A DNA stretch of 64,000 nucleotides from Polaromonas sp. (GCA_013297865.1 JAAFIP010000015.1:31359-95358), one strand, 5' to 3'; shown: positions 19,769-29,507, numbered from the stretch's first letter. Notes: a model not told the origin generated them from the letters alone. Translations and numbers: made by a program.

Positions 19769-21412
19769 TCAGGCGACCACGGCAAAACTGTTGGCCTGCG
19801 CGCGAGGCCAGTACAGCTTGAACACATTGTGCTGCGCGTCCAGCTCGCCACCGAGCAGCCCGCCCTCGGGCATGTGCGGCACCAGATTGGCCAACAGGCG
19901 CACCTGGTTGTCGTCCAGCCGGCGCACAATATGGTGCGCGGTGATGGCCCCGGGGTGCGTCAGGCCCGCAGCCTGCACCATCTCCTTGAGCGCGTGCAGG
20001 GTCTGCTGGTGAAAGTGGTAGACCCGGTCTGCCTTGGTGGGCACATGCAGGGCTTTTTGGCGTTGCGGGTCCTGGGTGGTCACGCCCGTGGGGCAGTGCC
20101 CCGTGTGGCAGGCCTGCGCCTGGATGCAGCCCAGCGCAAACATGAAGCCGCGTGCCGAGTTGCACCAGTCTGCGCCCAGCGCCATCATGCGTGCGATGTC
20201 AAAGGCGCTGACCACTTTGCCCGCGCAGCCCAGGCGAATTCTCTCGCGCAGCTTTACGCCCTTGAGCGTGTTGTGCACCAGCAGCAGGCCCTCCTGCAGC
20301 GGCGCGCCCACATGGTCAGTAAACTCCAGCGGCGCAGCCCCGGTGCCTCCTTCGGCCCCGTCCACCACGATGAAATCCGGCGTGATGCCCGTCGCCTGCA
20401 TGGCCTTGACGATAGCAAACCACTCCCAGGGATGGCCGATGCACAGTTTGAAGCCAGTGGGCTTGCCGCCCGAGAGCTCGCGCAAGCGGGCGATGAATTG
20501 CATCATCTCGATCGGTGTGCTGAACGCGCTGTGCGAGGCGGGTGACACGCAGTCCACCCCCACCTGCACACCGCGTGCGGCGGCTATCTCGGGCGTCACC
20601 TTGGGGCCTGGCAGCACTCCACCGTGGCCTGGTTTGGCCCCCTGGCTGAGCTTGAGCTCGATCATTTTGACCTGAGGGTCGCGCGCGTTGGCCTCGAACT
20701 TGTGAGCGTTGAAACTGCCATCGTTGTTGCGGCAGCCAAAATAGCCCGAGCCAATCTCCCAGACCAAGTCGCCACCGTGCACCTTGTGGTACTGGCTGAT
20801 GGAGCCTTCGCCCGTGTCGTGTGCAAAACCGCCGCGTTTGGCTCCGTGGTTGAGCGCCAGGATGGCGTTGGCACTGAGCGCACCAAAGCTCATGGCCGAA
20901 ATGTTGAACACACTCATGGCATAGGGCTGGGTGCAGCCACTAGCCGTCGTGCCCACCGTCACGCGAAAATCATGGGAGGCAAGCTGGGTGGGTGCGATCG
21001 AATGGTTGATCCACTCATAGCCTTGCGCGCCCACATCCAGCTGCGTGCCGAACGGGCGCTTGTCGCTCTCGCCCTTGGCACGCTGGTAGACCAGCGAGCG
21101 CTGTGCGCGTGAGAACGGCGCGGCTTCGTTGTCGCTTTCCAGAAAATACTGCCGCATCTCCGGGCGGATGTATTCGAGCAGAAAGCGGAAATGACCGATC
21201 ACCGGGTAGTTGCGCAAAATCGCATGCCGGCTCTGCAGCACATCGCGCGCGCCCAGGATGCTCAGGCCCAGAAAAAGCAGGCCATACAGCCAGCCCACAT
21301 CGAAAGCGATGATGCTAAACAGGCACAGCAGGGTCGCGAAAATGCACAGGCCCCAGGCGGTATAGCGAATCGGAAAATAGGCGTTGGCCCTGGCGATGGT
21401 TTCTGCAATCAT
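19769..21412 (-). CDS. Stand-alone FMN-binding glutamate synthase family protein with N-terminal TM helices
   Basis: SAMSFGALS, KLSQGAKPGHGG, DGAEGGTGAAP, CIQAQACHTGHC (3Fe-4S); start 21412 or 21448. Confidence 0.92.
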   Translation of the reverse strand: MIAETIARANAYFPIRYTAWGLCIFATLLCLFSIIAFDVGWLYGLLFLGLSILGARDVLQSRHAILRNYPVIGHFRFLLEYIRPEMRQYFLESDNEAAPFSRAQRSLVYQRAKGESDKRPFGTQLDVGAQGYEWINHSIAPTQLASHDFRVTVGTTASGCTQPYAMSVFNISAMSFGALSANAILALNHGAKRGGFAHDTGEGSISQYHKVHGGDLVWEIGSGYFGCRNNDGSFNAHKFEANARDPQVKMIELKLSQGAKPGHGGVLPGPKVTPEIAAARGVQVGVDCVSPASHSAFSTPIEMMQFIARLRELSGGKPTGFKLCIGHPWEWFAIVKAMQATGITPDFIVVDGAEGGTGAAPLEFTDHVGAPLQEGLLLVHNTLKGVKLRERIRLGCAGKVVSAFDIARMMALGADWCNSARGFMFALGCIQAQACHTGHCPTGVTTQDPQRQKALHVPTKADRVYHFHQQTLHALKEMVQAAGLTHPGAITAHHIVRRLDDNQVRLLANLVPHMPEGGLLGGELDAQHNVFKLYWPRAQANSFAVVA

Positions 21413-21466
21413 GGCTTGGATGCTAATGGGTAATGGGTTTTTAACCAAGTCGTCACAAAAATCGGC

Positions 21467-22363
21467 TCAGGCGCCGAAAAACCGCTGCAGCGCCTGCGCC
21501 GTCGGGTCGGGCAGCTCTTCGGGAATAAAGTGGCCTGCGGGCAAGGCCTGGCCAGTGACTTGGCCCTGGCACTGGGCCTGCCATAAATCCAGCGGCTGGA
21601 ACATGCGGTGCACCACGCCGCGTTCGCCCCACAGCACCAAGGTGTCGCAGGCAATTTTCTGGCCCGCAGCGCGGCTGGCGCGGTCATGCTCCAGGTCAAT
21701 GCCTGCGCTGGCACGGTAGTCTTCACACATGGCGTGGATGGACGCCATCTGCCCAAAGCAGCGCTCGTACTCGGCCAGGGCCTGAGGCTCGATATAACCC
21801 AGCCCGGCACTGCCCCAGCCGCCCAGCTTGGCATGCAGATAGTTTTTCCAGTCGCTGTAGATCATGCGCTCAGGCAAGGGGCTGGGCTGGATCAGGTGAA
21901 ACCAGTGGTAGTAAGCACGGGCAAACGCCATATCGGTAGCGTTGTACATGTCCAGTGTGGGCGCAATGTCGATCACGCAGAGTTTTTTCACCTGGGCAGG
22001 GTGGTCCAGTGCCAGACGGTGCGCCACGCGGCCACCGCGGTCGTGGCCACACAGGTCGAATGTCTCGATGCCCAGCGCCGCCATCACATCCACCAGGTCC
22101 TGCGCCATCATCCGTTTGCTGGCCTGTACGTGGTCCGCGGTCGCCAGCAGCTTGGACGAGTCTCCATAGCCGCGCAGGTCGGGCATGACCACAAAGTAAT
22201 CTTTGACCAGCAGCTGCGCTACGCGATGCCACATGACATGGCATTGCGGAAAGCCATGCACCAGCAGCAACGCAGGTTTGCTGCGGTCGCCGCCATGGCG
22301 AGCAAAAATATCGACACCGTTGACCGCAAATTTCTGTGTTTTAAATCCGTCAAACCAAACCAT
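21467..22363 (-). CDS. Alpha/beta hydrolase, fluoroacetate dehalogenase-like
   Basis: HGFPQ, GHDRGGR, YYHW, CEDYRA, GHF. Confidence 0.85.
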   Translation of the reverse strand: MVWFDGFKTQKFAVNGVDIFARHGGDRSKPALLLVHGFPQCHVMWHRVAQLLVKDYFVVMPDLRGYGDSSKLLATADHVQASKRMMAQDLVDVMAALGIETFDLCGHDRGGRVAHRLALDHPAQVKKLCVIDIAPTLDMYNATDMAFARAYYHWFHLIQPSPLPERMIYSDWKNYLHAKLGGWGSAGLGYIEPQALAEYERCFGQMASIHAMCEDYRASAGIDLEHDRASRAAGQKIACDTLVLWGERGVVHRMFQPLDLWQAQCQGQVTGQALPAGHFIPEELPDPTAQALQRFFGA

Positions 22364-22488
22364 CGCAACATGCTCCGCAAATGCTATAGGCCCATAGGGT
22401 ACAGCATTACAGGTGCGGCGCAAGCCACCCATGAAAATCATCCAAGCATAGCTTCAGGGACTCCAGATGGACGGTGAGGTCCAAAGCT

Positions 22489-23682
22489 TCAGGCTTGTAT
22501 AAAACGTTCCAGCGCCCGCCGGGGTGTCGCTGGCGGCGGGCTGGCAGTGTAGCCCAGGCGGCAGAACATTTGTACGGTGGCATCAGCCGCAGTGCTGGGA
22601 GCATTCTTACCCAGAATCAGTTGATGTATCTTGTCGTAGTATGGTTTCATATCGGAAAACTCTTGCAAGGCTTGGCTCATTGGGTGTACACCCACACCCA
22701 GCTCGCTGGCTTTGAGCTGCAAACGTACATAGGCGCGCCCAGCATCTATTTGCTGGCTACGGCTATTGCCCGCACTGGTCAGCCACACAAAGCCCATGGC
22801 CGTACGACTGTGCCCCTCAAAGCGACCAAAGGCGGTTTTGTAGGCGGTAGTGCCTTGCGCAAGAGGCGCATTTCTGTCTACCATGCCTACGGCGTTTGCA
22901 AAGCGGACAAAGCCCGTGTTGAGTGAAATGCCGTCGCGGTGTTTCAGAATCTCAGCAGGTCCAATCCGGGTAAGTTGGAGGCTTTCCAGCGAAGTGCGCG
23001 GATTGAGCAACTCTACCTGCGCAGATTGCCAGCAGAGCTCACGCATGGCAGGCAGTTTGGCATCATCCACTGTACCGCCTAGCGTGATGCCGTTGACATT
23101 GCTGCTCTCCAGCAATGTCTGTAGCGTTACAGCGCTGACTGCGCGTGTGGCATCGTAATCGCTTTTGGGTGTGTGGCGTTTCAAGATTTGTGCAAACAAG
23201 GCATCTGGTGCAGCTTCAGATGCAGGTTTGCCCAATGCAATGCGTGCAATAGGTCGTCCGTCCCACGCATTGAGATCCAATGGCAGTTCACCTTCAGGCC
23301 ACAGGGTGACCTTTGCTGCCAGACCTTCTTTAGCCAAAGCCATGACCAATAGCTCTAAAAATGCGCCATGCCCTATCAAGATTTGCCGTCCAAACGGGTC
23401 TGTTTCAGGCAGCACACGCTGTGGATCGGTTTTTAAAACGATGACATCAGGCTGGCGCAAATCGACCAACCATGGTTGCAAATTATGCGGATTAGGGGCG
23501 GTAATAGCGTAGGCTACGGCACGGCGGCGCGGGTCTGTCTCATTGCCCGGGCCTTTCCAGGCCTCGATGGCAGCATCAGGATATGCACCTGTGGTGGCGC
23601 ATCCACTGAGCGATGCGGTTGTTGTGACAGCGGCGGCAATAGTGCCACCGCCAACCAGTCGAATGAATTTACGGCGTTGCAT
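22489..23682 (-). CDS. Tat-exported Acg/nitroreductase-like FMN-binding protein
   Basis: QRRKFI twin-arginine signal, LSGC, APNPHNLQPW, TDPFGRQ. Confidence 0.8.
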   Translation of the reverse strand: MQRRKFIRLVGGGTIAAAVTTTASLSGCATTGAYPDAAIEAWKGPGNETDPRRRAVAYAITAPNPHNLQPWLVDLRQPDVIVLKTDPQRVLPETDPFGRQILIGHGAFLELLVMALAKEGLAAKVTLWPEGELPLDLNAWDGRPIARIALGKPASEAAPDALFAQILKRHTPKSDYDATRAVSAVTLQTLLESSNVNGITLGGTVDDAKLPAMRELCWQSAQVELLNPRTSLESLQLTRIGPAEILKHRDGISLNTGFVRFANAVGMVDRNAPLAQGTTAYKTAFGRFEGHSRTAMGFVWLTSAGNSRSQQIDAGRAYVRLQLKASELGVGVHPMSQALQEFSDMKPYYDKIHQLILGKNAPSTAADATVQMFCRLGYTASPPPATPRRALERFIQA

Positions 23683-23731
23683 GGCTTTTCCTTTCAGTAG
23701 GGGGTTACGTAATAACAAAATGCAATGAGAC

Positions 23732-24553
23732 TCAGTTCAGAAACGGCAGGCCATTGCGGGCTTGCATGAATGTCCAGAAGCAAAAACCCGTGTACGCTGC
23801 AGCGAAGGCCCACACAGCGCGCACCGCAGGGGCTTGCGGTACTCGGACCCACGTCAACGCCAAGGCAAATGCAGGGATGAAATGCATGGCATGGATGCCA
23901 AAGAAATGGGCTACACGCAAGTCGCCGCCACTACGGGACCATTTGACTATTGGCAAGCCACCGCTGTCCGTCAGTGCGCCTCCTACCCAGTGGCCAGTGC
24001 GCTGTGCGCTAAGGTAGCCACCGAACCCTGTACCGATGAAAAAGGTTAAACCCAATCCCAAAATAACAGCGAGCGTGATGGCGGGCGGCAAGCTATAGGA
24101 TGGGTTGCGGGCAATCAGTATGGCAAGAGCCAATGATGCACTGGCCAACACCACTGCGCCAATGCCCATCAGGGTGTACATGGTGGATAAAAACGGCGTT
24201 GCAGTATTGAAATGCGAGGCCTGCCCCTGACTGCCTTGCCAGGTGATATAGGCCACCTCAAACAAACCAGCAATGACAGCGGCCCACACCACATAGCGTG
24301 CCGTCTTGGTGCGCAATGCAGCGGTGGGCAGCCAGACCATAAAGAGCGCCAAAGTCAGCAAATAGACGCCTGTCGAGAGCTGAAATTTAAATGGCTTTAG
24401 CCAAACACTCACACCTTGCAGCTGGCGACTGTCGGGTAGCGACAGTGCCAAGGTGGCTATGGACATGCACAACAGTATCCAACCAATCCAATAAAGTGGT
24501 GGTGCTGCAATGCGAACTTGGGCAAATAGACTGTCACCTGAAGTCATGGACAT
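23732..24553 (-). CDS. Hypothetical integral membrane protein
   Basis: WLKPFKF, SHFN, GGDLRVAHFFGIHAM; start placed downstream of the promoter element. Confidence 0.75.
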   Translation of the reverse strand: MSMTSGDSLFAQVRIAAPPLYWIGWILLCMSIATLALSLPDSRQLQGVSVWLKPFKFQLSTGVYLLTLALFMVWLPTAALRTKTARYVVWAAVIAGLFEVAYITWQGSQGQASHFNTATPFLSTMYTLMGIGAVVLASASLALAILIARNPSYSLPPAITLAVILGLGLTFFIGTGFGGYLSAQRTGHWVGGALTDSGGLPIVKWSRSGGDLRVAHFFGIHAMHFIPAFALALTWVRVPQAPAVRAVWAFAAAYTGFCFWTFMQARNGLPFLN

Positions 24554-24578
24554 CTTTCGGGCTGTGTTGATACCCTGT

Positions 24579-24646
24579 ATTGTCAAAATCACATCGGAAA
24601 TACGCAATTGGCTATCTGTTCATAGCAGAATTACATAAATGAATAA
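24579..24646 (-). promoter_or_regulatory. Promoter/operator copy A (homologous to 25674-25741)
   Basis: 51/68 ungapped identity by hand alignment to 25674-25741, inverted orientation. Confidence 0.75.
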
Positions 24647-24767
24647 CCGATAAGCTTGGACACACCCATTTTTGCAATGCCCGACCATGACAGCTTGCTG
24701 GCGGTAGCAGTGCGCAGCGCAAGATCACATGGCTTGGCGCAAAGCCGTGCGAATACAGCAACGGGGT

Positions 24768-25667
24768 TTACAAGATGCGTTGCAGCGCAGTAGCCAACGC
24801 GTCATAGACCTTACGGATCCGTGGACTGGTGCGGATTTCGCGGTGCACAGCCAGCCACATCGGAAGCGGCGGTATGTTCAAGTCTGGCAGCAGGTGCACC
24901 AGATCAGGGTCATTGCGCGCCACATACTCGGCCAAAAAACCGATTCCCACTCCTGCACGCACCGCCTGCCACTGCACGATCAGGTCATCGCTGCGCACGG
25001 CAAAAATCTCTTTGGGCACGTCATAGCCCATCTGCTGGAAGCCGCGCCGGATGACATCAATGGCATCGTCACCAATCAGTGCATGCTCCAGCAGGTCTGC
25101 AGGCGCGGTGGGTGTGCCGCGGCGCTGCAGATAGTCACGGTGTGCATACACGCCCAGGCGCACTTCACCGATTTTTTTGGCTACCAAGGAGGCCTGCTCT
25201 GGCCGCGCCATGCGGATGGCGATATCTGCCTCGCGGCGCAGCAGATTGCTGAACTGGTTGCTTGACACGATCTCAAACTGCACTTGTGGCATGTCCTGGC
25301 GCATCTGCGCGAGAACTGGCGGCAGCAGCGCGCAGGCCACGGGCTGGCTGGCACTGATGCGCACGCTGCCCTGCACGTTAAGTTGCGCTCCTGTGGCTTG
25401 CTGGGCCAGCTGCATCGCGCCCAGCTCCATGCTGCGTGCGGTATCTGCCAGTGCCAGCGCAGCGGCAGTAGGGTTCAGGCCACGCCCGGTGCGCTCAAAA
25501 AGCACACTGCCCAGTTGGCTTTCCAGCTCGGTGATCTGCCGCCCCACGGTGGGCTGGCTGGTCTTGAGCACGCGCGCCGCGCCCAGCAGGCTGCCATGGT
25601 CCAGCACCGCCAGAAAGGAACGCACCAGGTCCCAGCTGAAGGACTGGCTTTCTATTGCTTTGCGCAT
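24768..25667 (-). CDS. LysR-family regulator
   Basis: GSLLGAARVLKTSQPTVGRQI, LFERTGRG, READIAIR. Confidence 0.93.
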   Translation of the reverse strand: MRKAIESQSFSWDLVRSFLAVLDHGSLLGAARVLKTSQPTVGRQITELESQLGSVLFERTGRGLNPTAAALALADTARSMELGAMQLAQQATGAQLNVQGSVRISASQPVACALLPPVLAQMRQDMPQVQFEIVSSNQFSNLLRREADIAIRMARPEQASLVAKKIGEVRLGVYAHRDYLQRRGTPTAPADLLEHALIGDDAIDVIRRGFQQMGYDVPKEIFAVRSDDLIVQWQAVRAGVGIGFLAEYVARNDPDLVHLLPDLNIPPLPMWLAVHREIRTSPRIRKVYDALATALQRIL

Positions 25668-25673
25668 GATGAC

Positions 25674-25741
25674 TTATTCATTTTTGAAACTCTGCTGTAC
25701 ACACATAGGCAATTGTGTATCACAGCGATTGTTTTGACAAT
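25674..25741 (+). promoter_or_regulatory. Divergent LysR promoter/operator copy B
   Basis: Lies between the LysR start and the epimerase gene; homologous to 24579-24646. Confidence 0.75.
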
Positions 25742-25770
25742 CACTTTCACAGTTGAACAAAGGAATCACC

Positions 25771-26682
25771 ATGCAGCAAACCATCGTCATCACAGGCGCC
25801 AGCGGCCGCTTGGGCCAAGCCTGCAGTCAGGCCTTTTCAGATGCGCACTGGCGTGTGCTGGCACACAGCCTGTCGGGCCCATCGGCAGACAATACGCCGC
25901 TGCCGCAGCAGGCAGATGTGCTTTTGCATGCCGCCAACCCGCCTTACACGCAGTGGCACACCCAGGCCCTGCTCGCGCTGGAAAAATCCATTGCCTTGAG
26001 CCTGCAGCTGGGCGCAGTGCTGATGCTGCCAGGCAATGTCTATAACTACCAACCTGTGCCTGCACTGTTGACCGAGGCGTTGCCGCAGCACAGCAGCACG
26101 CGCAAAGGGCAGCTGCGCATCGCCATGGAGACCTTGCTCAGGCGTGCCAGCGAGCAGCAGGGCCTGCAAGTCGTCGTGTTGCGCGCTGGAGACTTTTTTG
26201 GCTCGGGCACGGGCAGCTGGTTCGATCTGGCGCTGGCCTCCAAGCTGCGCAAGGGCCAGTTGGTCTACCCTGGCCCGGTGGACATACCCCACGCCTGGGC
26301 CTACCTGCCCGATCTTGCGCAAACACTGCTGCTTCTGGCGCAGCAACGCGATCAACTGGCGGCGTATGAAAGCCTGCATTTCCCGGGCCACACGCTCAGC
26401 GGCACCGACTGGCTGCATGCGCTAGAGCCCATGGCCCGCAGTCAAGGCTGGCTCAAGCCAGGCCAGGCGTTGCAACTCAAATCCATGCCATGGACGCTGA
26501 TGTCCTGGCTGGCGCCACTGGTGCCGATGTGGCGCGAAGTGCTGGAGATGCGCTATCTGTGGGACCAGCCCCATGCGCTACACAGCGCTCGCCTGCCGCA
26601 ACTACTTGGCACGGTGCCCAGCACGCCACTGCCGCTGGCCCTGCAGGCTTCGTTGCAGCAATTGGGCCTATCCACCTCGTAG
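25771..26682 (+). CDS. NAD-dependent epimerase/dehydratase family protein
   Basis: ITGASGRLG, PGNVYNY, TRKG, RAGDFFG, HAWAYLPDL. Confidence 0.85.
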   Translation: MQQTIVITGASGRLGQACSQAFSDAHWRVLAHSLSGPSADNTPLPQQADVLLHAANPPYTQWHTQALLALEKSIALSLQLGAVLMLPGNVYNYQPVPALLTEALPQHSSTRKGQLRIAMETLLRRASEQQGLQVVVLRAGDFFGSGTGSWFDLALASKLRKGQLVYPGPVDIPHAWAYLPDLAQTLLLLAQQRDQLAAYESLHFPGHTLSGTDWLHALEPMARSQGWLKPGQALQLKSMPWTLMSWLAPLVPMWREVLEMRYLWDQPHALHSARLPQLLGTVPSTPLPLALQASLQQLGLSTS

Positions 26683-26711
26683 GCCCTCATCTTTAACCTC
26701 AGGAGTTTTTC

Positions 26712-27434
26712 ATGACCATTTCTTCATCCCTCCCATCCACATCGCAGCATGCTTTCAACGCCAAGCTGGCAGGCCTGTTGTTCATCATCACCGCCCTGCT
26801 GTCGTTTGCGCCGCTGGTAATACTGGGCTCGGCCATTGGCTGGCCTGCATCTTTGGGCAAACCGGCGGCTGAGCAGCTCAGTGCCATAGCCAAGGTGCCG
26901 CAGGCACTGGCCCTGGGCTACGGCGTGTATCTGCTGTATTCGATCCTGGTGCTGCCGGTGATGGTGCTGGCAGCACGCCATATTTTCGGCACGCTGGCAG
27001 CCACAGGCGCGATGCTGGTGGTGGCTTTTGCTGCCTTATCTGCGTTGGCGCGTAGCATCGGCATCCTGCGCTGGCTCACCGTGATGCCCGAGCTTGCCCA
27101 GCAACATGCCAGCGCCGACCCCGCGACGCGCAGCACGATAGAGCTGGTGTTCAACGCCATCACGCGCTGGGGTGGCGGCATCGGTGAATTGCTGGGGGTC
27201 AGCCTGTTTATGGGGCTGTCGCTGGCCGTAGCCATGGCAGGTGCCTGGTCTGTGCGCAGCCTGCCGCGCTGGCTGACCTTGCTGGGCATGTTGGCTGCCG
27301 CGCTGTTGCTGGGATTGTTTTTGCCCGCGGTCGGCTTGGCCATCAATGTGCCGGTGGCCGCAGCGGTATCCACCCTGTCGGTCTGGATGCTGGCAACAGG
27401 GGCCTGGCTGCTGGTGGCGCGGCGCTCCGCTTAG
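26712..27434 (+). CDS. DUF4386-like membrane protein
   Basis: Multi-TM, GILRW and GELLG motifs; RBS aggag. Confidence 0.7.
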   Translation: MTISSSLPSTSQHAFNAKLAGLLFIITALLSFAPLVILGSAIGWPASLGKPAAEQLSAIAKVPQALALGYGVYLLYSILVLPVMVLAARHIFGTLAATGAMLVVAFAALSALARSIGILRWLTVMPELAQQHASADPATRSTIELVFNAITRWGGGIGELLGVSLFMGLSLAVAMAGAWSVRSLPRWLTLLGMLAAALLLGLFLPAVGLAINVPVAAAVSTLSVWMLATGAWLLVARRSA

Positions 27435-27967
27435 ACATGCGGGTCGTTGTTCAGCAAAGTCAGCAGACGCTGCAGCGCATGGGCCACCGTAGCTTCGCGC
27501 ACAGCAGCGCGGTCACCTTCAAAGCGCTGCATCTCGCTGTGCAGCGCCCCATGCACCGAAAAGCCAAACCACACAGTGCCCACTGGCTTGGCTGCGCTGC
27601 CGCCCGTGGGGCCTGCAATGCCAGTGACGGCGATGCTGATCTGCGCCTTGGAGTGGCGCACTGCACCAAAAGCCATGGCGCGTGCCACCCCTTCGCTGAC
27701 GGCGCCCTGCTGCGCAATCAGCTGCGCGTCAACGCCCAGCAGCTCGGTCTTGGCCTCGTTGGAATAGGTCACAAAGCCGCGCTCAAACCAGTCGGACGAG
27801 CCTGCCAGCGCGGTGCACGCGGCAGCGATCATGCCGCCAGTGCAGCTTTCTGCGGTGGCCAGCTTATAGCCATCTTTGATAAGCTTTTCGGCCAGCAGCC
27901 CAATAGAATATCGCGGGAGCAGCTCTTGATTTAATAGCAATTGATTGTCTTGACCAAGCACAGCCAT
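27431..27967 (-). CDS. cinA: CinA C-terminal domain / NMN amidohydrolase (PncC-like)
   Basis: ATAESCTGG, GFVTYSN, GAVS, TGIAGP. Confidence 0.93.
   Translation of the reverse strand: MAVLGQDNQLLLNQELLPRYSIGLLAEKLIKDGYKLATAESCTGGMIAAACTALAGSSDWFERGFVTYSNEAKTELLGVDAQLIAQQGAVSEGVARAMAFGAVRHSKAQISIAVTGIAGPTGGSAAKPVGTVWFGFSVHGALHSEMQRFEGDRAAVREATVAHALQRLLTLLNNDPHV
27890..27939 (-). repeat. Dispersed element copy 6 (in cinA 5' end)
   Basis: revcomp tgctat-taaatca-agagctgc-tcccgcga-tattcta-ttgggctgctggcc. Confidence 0.9.
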
Positions 27968-28537
27968 TCAAAACCTCCACAACGCAATCAGCAGCAGCGT
28001 GCAGGCTGCTGCGATCAGATCGTCAAAAATAATACCAAATCCACCGCGCGCGCCAAAGCCCTTGAACAGCGCATCGGCCCAAGCCACCGGGCCAGGCTTG
28101 ACCGCGTCAAAAAACCGAAACAGGCCAAACGCCACCAGCTGCGCCCACAGCCCGGCGGGGGCGATAAACCACAGGATGATCCAGAAGGCCAGCACCTCGT
28201 CCCATACGATATTGCCAGGGTCCATCACGCGCATGTGCCGGGCCGTCACGGTGCAGGCCCACCAGCCCAGCGGCAGCGCAGCGGCAATCACGGCGGCGAT
28301 CTGCTCAGGGCTCAAATACAGCTGCATCACGCCAAACGCCGCCCAGGCCCACAGGGTGCCTGCCGTGCCCGGCGCAATGCGCGACAGCCCTGAGCCAAAG
28401 CCCAGCGCCACCCAATGGGCAGGGTGCGAGAGCATGAAACGCACCGTGGGGTGCAGCACGCTGGGGCGCACCGAGGGCGCAGTGGCTGGCGTGGCCGCAG
28501 CGTCAGTGGGGGCCAAAGGAGGAAGCGGCTCGGTCAT
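27968..28537 (-). CDS. pgpA: Phosphatidylglycerophosphatase A
   Basis: GFGSGL..APGT.GT, DPGNIVWDE, FRFFDAVKP, DDLIA. Confidence 0.94.
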   Translation of the reverse strand: MTEPLPPLAPTDAAATPATAPSVRPSVLHPTVRFMLSHPAHWVALGFGSGLSRIAPGTAGTLWAWAAFGVMQLYLSPEQIAAVIAAALPLGWWACTVTARHMRVMDPGNIVWDEVLAFWIILWFIAPAGLWAQLVAFGLFRFFDAVKPGPVAWADALFKGFGARGGFGIIFDDLIAAACTLLLIALWRF

Positions 28538-29481
28538 GTGCGAGATTGTGCCTTCTTCCGGGGGGCTGGCGCACGCGGCGCCGTGATTTCCATGCCGTGG
28601 CCCTGCAGCCACTGTGCAAAAAAGTCGATGCAGACGCGCACCTTGGGGCTGCGGTGGCGCTCCTGCAGCATCACCGCGTTGATCGGCACCACCGGCGACT
28701 CGACGATATCGTTGAGCACATACACCAGCGCGCCGCTTTGCACCAAGGGGTCACAGATGGCGGTGTTGCCGCGCACAATGCCCAGGCCTTCGAGCGCAAT
28801 GCGCATCATGATGCCGGTGGAGCTGGCGCGGTAGTGGCCGCGCGGCTGGTACACCAGCGGCTTGCCATCAACGATAAACGGCCAGCGGTTGAACGCTGGA
28901 ATCACGCTGTTGGTGATCAGGCGGTGCTGGTCCAGGTCAGCCACGGTGCGCGGCGTGCCATGGTTTTGAAGGTAGCCTGGCGTGGCATAGATGCGCCGTC
29001 CATGCTGGCCAATCACGCGTGCCACCAGATTGTCCGAGCCCAGAGGCCCGGTGCGGATGGCAAAGTCAATGCCCTGGCGGGCGATGTCGATGGCGCGGTC
29101 ATCCACATGCAGTTCCACACTGAGCTGGGGGTGTAGCTGCGCCAGCGCATGCAGGCTGGGCACGATCACATAGTTGGCCATTGCGGGGCTCACGCCGATA
29201 TGCACCGTGCCGCTGATGGCCGCCTGGTTGGACGCAAACTCCGCTTCCAAGTCAGCCAGGCTCTGCAACATTCTGTGGCCATGCTCCAGCAGCGCCTGCC
29301 CCGGCTCGGTCAGCGACAGACCGTGGGTGGAGCGGTGCAGCAGGCGCACCTGGTGCAAAGCCTCCAGCCGCGAGATGGCGCGCGACACCAGGCTGACCGG
29401 CACGTCGCGCTCGCGCGCCACCGCCGACAGCGAGCCCAGCTCGGCTACCCGCGTGAAGACACGTACATCATCAAGATCCAT
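28534..29481 (-). CDS. LysR-family regulator (CrgA/DmlR-like)
   Basis: GSLSAVARERDVPVSLVSRAI, LLHRSTHGLSLT. Confidence 0.92.
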   Translation of the reverse strand: MDLDDVRVFTRVAELGSLSAVARERDVPVSLVSRAISRLEALHQVRLLHRSTHGLSLTEPGQALLEHGHRMLQSLADLEAEFASNQAAISGTVHIGVSPAMANYVIVPSLHALAQLHPQLSVELHVDDRAIDIARQGIDFAIRTGPLGSDNLVARVIGQHGRRIYATPGYLQNHGTPRTVADLDQHRLITNSVIPAFNRWPFIVDGKPLVYQPRGHYRASSTGIMMRIALEGLGIVRGNTAICDPLVQSGALVYVLNDIVESPVVPINAVMLQERHRSPKVRVCIDFFAQWLQGHGMEITAPRAPAPRKKAQSRT

Positions 29482-29507
29482 GGTGAGGTGTTTGGCTGGG
29501 GATTTGA

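Noticed and set aside
24611..24626. gctat-N6-atagc as another copy of the element
   Set aside because: Wrong spacer length and no tail; it belongs to the duplicated LysR promoter.
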